Below, piece after piece: positions 18,195 through 25,195 of a stretch of 34,266 nucleotides of DNA (position 1 is its first letter; every line of letters begins with the position of its first letter). The notes below the pieces were generated by a model. The model searched no databases and was not told where the DNA came from. It worked only from the letters and a program-made list of their open reading frames with translations. The position numbers and the translations under genes were made by a program. The stretch is from Elusimicrobiota bacterium (GTDB lineage: Bacteria; Elusimicrobiota; Elusimicrobia; UBA1565). The DNA is taken from NCBI GenBank assembly GCA_043819795.1, contig JBDREN010000214.1, forward strand, positions 1 through 34,266, written 5' to 3'.

Positions 18195-19115
18195 ATGTCC
18201 GAGCAAAAGGGGAACAGGCTGGCGATCGTCCTGGGCTTGCTGTTCGTGAGCGCGACGGGCTTGGTCGCGCTGGCGGTGCTCTTGGGCGGGGGCCGGGGGC
18301 CCGATTCGAAGCCGGCGGCGGCCCCGGCGCCTCCGCCCGGGATCCCCCGGCGGACGTCGGTCTTCGACGAGGCGCGCTCCGAAAGGGAGCTCGACGTTCA
18401 GATGTCGCAGCGGAGCCTCTACCGGCGCGGCGAGGATTCCGCCCTGAGCATGGTCCCGCGTCTGGACCGCGGGCCGGCGCCGGACGAGGAACGGCAGCAG
18501 GCGGCGCCTCATCGCCCGCCGCCCGCGAAGAAGCCCGCCCCCGCCGAGCCCCGGAAACTGTCCGGGAAAATGAAGGCGGTCCTGGATAAGCTCATGCAGA
18601 CCTTCGTCGGAGGGTCTTCGGACGATGACGAGAACTTATATCGCGCCGGCGCCACGCAGGGGCTGCTTTTTCGGGCGGCCGGGGTCGGCCTGCGCTATCC
18701 TAAGATCGTGCAGTTCGTCCTCGACAACGATCTCGTGGTCAAGGGCTTCATGAAGCAGCCGCGCATCCGGCAGAACTGCCACAATCCGCAGGCGCTCCAG
18801 AGCTATCTGATGGACACGAAGGACCCGACCGGCATCACGCTCGGGATGAAGACGTTCCTCGACTCCACGAAGCATCCGGGTTCTACCACCGCGCTGATGG
18901 GCAGCAGGGTCGTCAATGCCGTCATGAAGGAGTGCACGGCGATCCAGACGGTGAGCAAAGACCCGCAGGCCATGCTTCAGATCTCGCTGGCCAATCCCGA
19001 GTTGTTCGCTACGCTGGCCAACCCGTCCATCGCCATGGCCATGGCCCGGTCCCCGATGACGAAGGGCCTCTTGAATGACGTCCAGGATTCGAGAGGCGCG
19101 GCCCTGGGGCAGTAG
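18195..19115 (+). CDS. Membrane-anchored hypothetical protein
   Basis: N-terminal TM segment (LAIVLGLLFVSATGLVALAVLL), Pro-rich linkers, Met-rich helical C-terminal domain. Confidence 0.7.
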   Translation: MSEQKGNRLAIVLGLLFVSATGLVALAVLLGGGRGPDSKPAAAPAPPPGIPRRTSVFDEARSERELDVQMSQRSLYRRGEDSALSMVPRLDRGPAPDEERQQAAPHRPPPAKKPAPAEPRKLSGKMKAVLDKLMQTFVGGSSDDDENLYRAGATQGLLFRAAGVGLRYPKIVQFVLDNDLVVKGFMKQPRIRQNCHNPQALQSYLMDTKDPTGITLGMKTFLDSTKHPGSTTALMGSRVVNAVMKECTAIQTVSKDPQAMLQISLANPELFATLANPSIAMAMARSPMTKGLLNDVQDSRGAALGQ

Positions 19116-19119
19116 GACG

Positions 19120-20292
19120 ATGTCCATCTACCTGCAACGTTCGGCGGACAACATGGAGCGTCTTTTCCCCGGGCTTCCGTGGACCGTGCGCATCTCCTAC
19201 GGAGCCAAGAGCCGGACGTTCGGCAGCGGCCCCGAGCGCGCCGAGTTCGCTTGCCGCGGCGAAGCGCCGCTGCGGGACCTGGCGCGGGGGCGGCTTCCGG
19301 CCTTCATGGACCGCTACGTGTTCGGCGAGGTGGATTTTCTGGGCGACATCTACTCGGTCGTGGGGATCCGCAACTATCTCAGCCAGCAGAAGGATTGGAT
19401 CGTGGGCCTGGGCAAGCGTTTGCGACACTTGGGGACGACGCTGTTCCCCTCCTCGGTGCGGCGCAAGCTGGTCGCGGTCTCATCGCATTACGATCTGCCA
19501 AACGCGTTCATCGAGTCCTACTTGGATAATCGCACACGCGCGTACTCGTGCGCGATGTGGAAGGACCCCGCGAACATCGCCCAGCCCGACGACGAGACGC
19601 TGGAGGAGGCGCAGGACCGAAAGTTCCGCTCGGCCGCCGAGGAGCTGGAGGTCCAGCCCGGCGACAAGTTCCTCGACGTGGGCTGCGGCTACGGCTACAT
19701 GGTGAACCTCGTCGAGAAGGATTTCGGCTGCCGGAACGTCCTCGGCATCACCCTTTCGGAGAATCAGGTGGCGACCGGCTACTCGAAGAACCTCAAGCTG
19801 AGGCATTACCACGAGCTCGAGCCGGACGGAAGCTTCGACAAGATCTACACCTGCGGCATGGTCTCGCACCTCGACCGCTCGGAGATCCGGCGCTACTACC
19901 GCCACATCCACGGCCTGCTCAAGAGCGGGGGGCGGTTCTGGATGCACGGGATCGTGCCCCCGGCGAACGGCTTCGGGATGACGAACTATAACAGCCTCTC
20001 GGGGACGTTCAGCCAGAAGTACGTCTTCCCGGACCACTACCAGTTCCCGGTCCACGTGCATCTGCAGGTCATGGAGGAGGCCGGTTTCCGCGTCAAGAAG
20101 GTCCACTTCCGATACGGGCACTACTCGAAGACCCTGCGTCACTGGTACCGGCGCTACGTCGAGAACCTGCCGCGCACCCGCCACCTCATCACGCCGGTCA
20201 CCGAGCGGGTTTGGCACCTCTTCCTGACCTACGCGTCGGTGCTCGACGGCCCGCACAGCGTCATCAAGCAGATCCTGGCCGAGAAGGCCTAA
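19120..20292 (+). CDS. Cyclopropane-fatty-acyl-phospholipid synthase family SAM methyltransferase
   Basis: HYDL.N, YSCA.W, LEEAQ..K, LDVGCGYG, GITLS.NQ, KYVFP, HYSKTL.HW; ATG 19120 is 4 nt after the previous stop. Confidence 0.88.
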   Translation: MSIYLQRSADNMERLFPGLPWTVRISYGAKSRTFGSGPERAEFACRGEAPLRDLARGRLPAFMDRYVFGEVDFLGDIYSVVGIRNYLSQQKDWIVGLGKRLRHLGTTLFPSSVRRKLVAVSSHYDLPNAFIESYLDNRTRAYSCAMWKDPANIAQPDDETLEEAQDRKFRSAAEELEVQPGDKFLDVGCGYGYMVNLVEKDFGCRNVLGITLSENQVATGYSKNLKLRHYHELEPDGSFDKIYTCGMVSHLDRSEIRRYYRHIHGLLKSGGRFWMHGIVPPANGFGMTNYNSLSGTFSQKYVFPDHYQFPVHVHLQVMEEAGFRVKKVHFRYGHYSKTLRHWYRRYVENLPRTRHLITPVTERVWHLFLTYASVLDGPHSVIKQILAEKA

Positions 20293-20294
20293 TC

Positions 20295-20321
20295 AGCGCC
20301 GCAAGCTCGCCTTGCGGTGCT
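20295..20321. terminator. Hairpin between convergent genes
   Basis: AGCGCCGCAAG-CTCGC-CTTGCGGTGCT, an 11-bp stem with one G-U pair, directly after the methyltransferase stop. Confidence 0.5.
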
Positions 20322-20405
20322 TGCACCTCTGAGTTATTAGGATCCCCGTCGCAAGAGACTGCCGTAGTCGTTGCGGCCGCAGACTTTTCGCGCGGCGGCG
20401 GGCTT

Positions 20406-22592
20406 TTACTTGAAGATACTCCGGAGAAGGTCCTGCCCCGTCTTGATCGCCTTCTCCACGCCGGGCTGCTTGAGGAGTGAGGCGGGATCGAGCTTCACGA
20501 CCGGATGGCTGAGGCTCCCCCGGATATTGAAGCCGATGGGCCCCGAGATATTGAGGCCGACCTGGGCGCCGAGCTTGGTGGAGACGTGGAGGTCGAGACG
20601 ATCGGCGACGAGATCCGCCGTCCCGGTCATCTGGGCGAAGGCCGCCCGCGAGTCGAGTCGGGATTTGCGGATTTTCATGACTCCCTTCTCCACGACGTAG
20701 TCGCCGACGATCTCCTTGAACTGCACTTTGTCGAAGGCCGGGAACAGGGGGATCTTCACCAGTCCGGCCGCCTTCTGCAGGGCCATGACCGGAAGCAGGA
20801 TGGTCTTGAGAAGCGGCCTGGAGGCGCTGAGAGTTTTCAGGTCCTCGAAGCGCCCTTCCCCGATGTGGAATTTGACCTCCCCCCCCAGCTTCGAGAGATC
20901 GGCCGCGACGCCATGGAGGCTCCATGCGAGGGTGGACGCCGCCGCCTGGAACTTCGGGTGGCGGATCTCGCCGATCACGATTCTGCCCGAGGTCGTGAGG
21001 GAGCGGGCCTTCGGCGGCCGTCGTCCGCTTCCGGGGGAGCTTTCGTGGCCGGCGTCTTTCCCGTCGTCCCCCGCGCTCCGCTCCGGCGCGGATCTCCCGG
21101 CGTCCGGGAGCAGGCTCAGATCCAGAACCGACAAATCTCCGTCCAGAAAGAGGCGGGGCTTCGGCCCGCGGTAATCCCTCGCGTCGACCTTCATCCGAAG
21201 CTCCGCTCCGTTCCATTTTCCACGGACCTCCCCTTGGACGGCCTCGGGGGAGAAGGCGATGCTCCCGCCGAGCCCGGCGAAGGTCTGCTCCCGGGCCGTG
21301 AATCCGGCCCGCTCTAGGGCGATGCTCCCGGAGAGCTCCGGAGAGGAGGACGGTCCCTTCACCCGGATGTCGAAGTCCGAGTGCCCGCTCGGCGCGTATG
21401 CGGTCGCTCCCGGCATGAGCTTGGCGGCCTCGGCGAGCGGCGCCCGCGAGCTCCTGATGCGCAGATCCAGAAGCGGCGCCTCGCGCCCGTCCGGGGCGCG
21501 ACGCACGCTTCCGTCGAGCCGGAGCTCCAACGGGCCCCAGCCCAGGCTGGCCGACCGGATGCGCCAGAGGTCGCCGGTCTGCTCGGCGCCGCCTTTCAGG
21601 AGGAATCCCTTTCCCGAGAGGGCCACCGCGGGCAGTGAGATCCCTTCTTTCCGAAGATGGACTTGGACCGTCCCCTTCAGCGGCGGCAAATGGAACCCTT
21701 CGGGGACCGGCGCGAGGGGGCCGATCTCCTCGGACTTCAGCTCCGGCAGCGAGAGCTCCAGGTCGGCCTTCGGGGCCCCAAGTTCCCGGATTCTGCCTTT
21801 GAGCCGCGCTTCCAGCCCGCCGAGCCTGAGCTCGAGCGACTTGAGCTCTACGGAGGCCCGGTCGAGCTCGCCGTCGGCCGCGTCGATCGTGGCGTGGGCT
21901 TCCACGCGGCCCGACCAGGCCGGTGTCGTCGAGGAGACGGAATAGTAGCAGTCCAAGCGGAGGTCGAAGGACCGCTCCAGGCTCGGTTCGTCGGCCGAGA
22001 GCTCGATGCCGCTGAGACTAGCGCGCGTGCCGTCCCTCCGGTCTTCGTAGCTGACCGACCCGTCGCGCAGGCGGAGGCGCGAGATACCCAGCCCCAGGAG
22101 GCCTCCCCCTCCCGGTTCGGCAGGCTCGTTCTCCGGGGCTTCGGCGGATGGCGCGGCGCCGGCCGGGGCGGCGGAGGTCTCCTTGGATTCTCCGGGCGAG
22201 GGCGCGGCGGCCAGAACGTTGAATGCGCCGTCGGCTCCACGGACGACCTTCAGCTCCCATCCGTCGAGCGCCAGCTCGGTGACGCGCAGCTCCCGTCGCC
22301 GCAACAGGGCCCATAGCCGGAGGGAGACGCGCAGCCGCCGCGCCTTCACGATCGTCCCCGCCTTGAAGTCCGGTATCTCGGAGATCTCGACGCCCTCGAG
22401 CCTGGCGCCGCTCAGGCCGATGGATGACGAGGCGATGCGGATCTCGCGTCCCAGCGACGCCCCGAGCCGCTCGACGACGAAGGCCTCGATCCTTTCGGGC
22501 GGAAAGAACACCTTCAAGGCGATGACGGTCGCGGCCAGCGCCGCGACGAGCAGGGCGGCCGCCGCCAGAAGGATCTTGGCCCGGGAGCGCAT
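20406..22592 (-). CDS. AsmA family protein
   Basis: N-terminal anchor, SLGREIRI / LRVSLRLWALL N-terminal pattern, G.FN motif, long beta-rich body, C-terminal I.GSLSHPVVKLD. Confidence 0.85.
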   Translation of the reverse strand: MRSRAKILLAAAALLVAALAATVIALKVFFPPERIEAFVVERLGASLGREIRIASSSIGLSGARLEGVEISEIPDFKAGTIVKARRLRVSLRLWALLRRRELRVTELALDGWELKVVRGADGAFNVLAAAPSPGESKETSAAPAGAAPSAEAPENEPAEPGGGGLLGLGISRLRLRDGSVSYEDRRDGTRASLSGIELSADEPSLERSFDLRLDCYYSVSSTTPAWSGRVEAHATIDAADGELDRASVELKSLELRLGGLEARLKGRIRELGAPKADLELSLPELKSEEIGPLAPVPEGFHLPPLKGTVQVHLRKEGISLPAVALSGKGFLLKGGAEQTGDLWRIRSASLGWGPLELRLDGSVRRAPDGREAPLLDLRIRSSRAPLAEAAKLMPGATAYAPSGHSDFDIRVKGPSSSPELSGSIALERAGFTAREQTFAGLGGSIAFSPEAVQGEVRGKWNGAELRMKVDARDYRGPKPRLFLDGDLSVLDLSLLPDAGRSAPERSAGDDGKDAGHESSPGSGRRPPKARSLTTSGRIVIGEIRHPKFQAAASTLAWSLHGVAADLSKLGGEVKFHIGEGRFEDLKTLSASRPLLKTILLPVMALQKAAGLVKIPLFPAFDKVQFKEIVGDYVVEKGVMKIRKSRLDSRAAFAQMTGTADLVADRLDLHVSTKLGAQVGLNISGPIGFNIRGSLSHPVVKLDPASLLKQPGVEKAIKTGQDLLRSIFK

Positions 22593-22604
22593 AAGCGTGT
22601 CCTA

Positions 22605-24329
22605 TCAGCGGCGCCTGAGACGGTCGGTCGCGCTCCCTTCCGCGAGGACGGCGTCCGGGCTGCGGAGCGCGCTCCGGCTGGCGCTTCCGAGCAGATCGAA
22701 GGCCTGGCCGGCCCGGAGGGTCGCCACCCACCGGTCGTTGCCCGGCCCCCCGTTGAGCGCGTAGGCCAGGTCCAGGCGAAGGACGCCTCCCGAGGTCGAG
22801 CGCGACGGCGAGAGGCGGAGGCCGAAGCCGACATCGCTCTTGAAGGAGTCCAGGGCCAGCGGCCCCCCCTCCCGCGTGACATGGCCGGCGTCAACGAATG
22901 CGACGCCTCCCAGATAGAGCAGATGGAAGAACTCCCTGTCCAGGAAGAGCCGGTCCTCGAAGTTGAAGAGGATCGAGCGGCCGCCCGTGAAGCTGTTGTT
23001 CTTGTAGCCGCGCAGGCCGCTGTCCCCGCCGAGGATGATCTGCTTCTCCCCGTCCAGGCGTCGCGTGGTGTTGAACTCGACGTGCCCCACGAGGGTCTGG
23101 CCCATCGCCCAGCCGGGCTTCCAGAAAAGGTTCAGATTCGCGTAGAGGAGCGCGTTCTCGAACGCGCCGCCCGCGGCCCGGGCGTTGGCGCCCACCTGCG
23201 CCAGCGCGAAACGGCCCGGCCCGAAGCCGAGTCCCTGCTGGCTGAGCGCCGTGAAGACCCACCGGTCGCGGTCGCTCCCCCAGGAGCGCAGCATCGGTCC
23301 GGCGCTCAGGCTGAGCTCGTTGCCGAGGTTGAAGTCCTCGACGCGCTGCATCCGGTCGATGTTGATCTCCTTGAGGTAGCGCGGCTGGATCCACGAGTAG
23401 CCGAAGACGGGCCCCGAAAGTGTGCGGTCCTCGGGAAGGGTTCCCGGAGTCGTGCCGTCGGCGGCCGTGAAGAGGCTGCGGGCGAAGAGGGTCCCCACGC
23501 TGGCGCGTTGAACGAGGCGCGTCGAGTCCCCCAGGCGCCGGCCCACCGACGCGCGGACGGTCCGGAAGTCCTGCAGGAACTCCGTGGTGTCGTCGGCGTT
23601 CTGGTAGAGGGTGTTCTCCTGGACCACGCGCGCCCAGGAGACGTCCATCGCGTGGCGCGTCTCGAACGAGAAGAAGGGGCGGTGTACCATCACGCCGATC
23701 TCGTCGCCGCGCGACGTCTTGGAATAGTGCGACGTCAGTTGCTGCCAGGTGTTCAGGACCCGGGGGTCGACGTAGCGCAGCTCGTTGCGGGTCTCGGAGC
23801 CGATCTCGGAATGAAAGAAGCTGACCTCCTTCCCGAACCCCAGGAGGTTCCCCTCGCGGACCCCCGAGACGAAGAAATGCTCCCCGCCCTCGGTCCCCAC
23901 CCCCAGTTGGGGCGCCAGGGTCCAGGAGTCCTGCGTGCGGATCCCCACGTCCAGCCGTCCGTCCGGACGGAGCATGGGCCTCATGTCGGCGTGCCGGATG
24001 AAGCCCAGAGAGCGCAGGTTGCGCTCGGTCTCGAGGGCTTTCAGGTTCTGCCAGGGGTCGCCGGGACGCAGCAGGGCCTCGCGCGCGACGACCCGCTCCC
24101 GCGTCAGGATGTGGATGCGGTTCGCGATCCGGAACGGCCACCAGTCCTCGCCGGGCACCGAGGGGTCGAAGACGTTCGTGCGTTCTATGGATATCGTGGC
24201 GATCCGGCCGGTCGTTTGGGGCAAGGCCCCGGCGGCGCTCTCCGGGGACGCGCCTTCCCCGGCGGAGCCGGCGTAGGACCAAGGCGCGGCCAAGAGGATG
24301 CCAAGGGCGGCGAGCCGGACGGCCGTCAT
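22605..24329 (-). CDS. Omp85/BamA-TamA family outer membrane protein (POTRA + beta-barrel)
   Basis: 574 aa from ATG 24329 (ATGA overlap with the metF stop); POTRA-like TRERVVARE.L..PGD...ETERNLRSLG; barrel motifs GGDSGLRGY, AFVDAG, DVGFGLR, GQAF. Confidence 0.85.
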   Translation of the reverse strand: MTAVRLAALGILLAAPWSYAGSAGEGASPESAAGALPQTTGRIATISIERTNVFDPSVPGEDWWPFRIANRIHILTRERVVAREALLRPGDPWQNLKALETERNLRSLGFIRHADMRPMLRPDGRLDVGIRTQDSWTLAPQLGVGTEGGEHFFVSGVREGNLLGFGKEVSFFHSEIGSETRNELRYVDPRVLNTWQQLTSHYSKTSRGDEIGVMVHRPFFSFETRHAMDVSWARVVQENTLYQNADDTTEFLQDFRTVRASVGRRLGDSTRLVQRASVGTLFARSLFTAADGTTPGTLPEDRTLSGPVFGYSWIQPRYLKEINIDRMQRVEDFNLGNELSLSAGPMLRSWGSDRDRWVFTALSQQGLGFGPGRFALAQVGANARAAGGAFENALLYANLNLFWKPGWAMGQTLVGHVEFNTTRRLDGEKQIILGGDSGLRGYKNNSFTGGRSILFNFEDRLFLDREFFHLLYLGGVAFVDAGHVTREGGPLALDSFKSDVGFGLRLSPSRSTSGGVLRLDLAYALNGGPGNDRWVATLRAGQAFDLLGSASRSALRSPDAVLAEGSATDRLRRR

Positions 24330-25195
24330 CCCTTCCTTAGGTTCGAAAGGACGGTGGCGGTCGCCTGCGACTTGTTGAGGGTGTAGAAGTGGATGCCGGG
24401 CGCCCCCCCCTCCAGGAGTTCCCGGCATTGGCGCGTGGCGTACTCGACGCCGTAGCGCGCGACGGCGTCCTTGTCGTCGGAGATCGGCGTGAGCGCGTCG
24501 ATCATCTTCCGGGGCAGACTCGCCCCGCACATCGTCGTGAACTTCCGGATCTGCTTGAAGCTCGTCACGGGCATGATCCCGGGCACGATCGGACACCGTA
24601 TGCCGATCTCCCGGGCGCGTTCCACGAAGTCGAAGTAATCCGCGTTGTCGAAGAACAGCTGCGTGATGATCCAGTCGCCGCCGGCGTCCACCTTGTCCTT
24701 GAGGCGGGCAAGATCCTCCTCCTTGGACGGGGCCTCGGGGTGTCGCTCGGGGTAGCCGGCGACGGCGACGGCGAAGGCGCCGGCGTCCGAGCGGATGATA
24801 CGCACGAGGTCCCGCGCGTACGGCACCTCCCGCTTCTCCGGCGGGAGCGGCTGAGTGTCGCGCGGCGGATCCCCGCGCAGCGCCACGATGTTCTCGATCC
24901 CGTAGGAGCGGATCCTGGCCAGGATCGAGCGGAGCTCGGCCCGCGTGTGGGCTATGCAGGTGAGGTGGGCCGCGGTCTCGATACCGAGCTCGTTCTTGAT
25001 CGTCCCGGCGGTCTCGATGGTCCGTTCGGGGGCGGTGCCGCCCGCTCCGTAGGTGATCGTGACGAAAGAGGGGCCGAGCTCCTTGAGCTCGCGGACGGTC
25101 CGCTTGAAGCGCGGGGTATCGCCCGGCTCTTTCGGGAGAAAGAACTCAAAAGAGAACACCGGCTTCCCCCGCCCGAAGAGCTCCGGTATCCTCAT
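24326..25195 (-). CDS. metF: 5,10-methylenetetrahydrofolate reductase
   Basis: FSFEFF.PK, ITYGAGG, AHLTC, ALRGDPP, AGYPE.HPEA, ITQLFFD, GIHFYTLN. Confidence 0.97.
   Translation of the reverse strand: MRIPELFGRGKPVFSFEFFLPKEPGDTPRFKRTVRELKELGPSFVTITYGAGGTAPERTIETAGTIKNELGIETAAHLTCIAHTRAELRSILARIRSYGIENIVALRGDPPRDTQPLPPEKREVPYARDLVRIIRSDAGAFAVAVAGYPERHPEAPSKEEDLARLKDKVDAGGDWIITQLFFDNADYFDFVERAREIGIRCPIVPGIMPVTSFKQIRKFTTMCGASLPRKMIDALTPISDDKDAVARYGVEYATRQCRELLEGGAPGIHFYTLNKSQATATVLSNLRKG

Noticed and set aside
24330..24596. N-terminal extension of the Omp85 ORF
   Set aside because: Overlaps metF in another frame; the signal peptide starts at ATG 24329.
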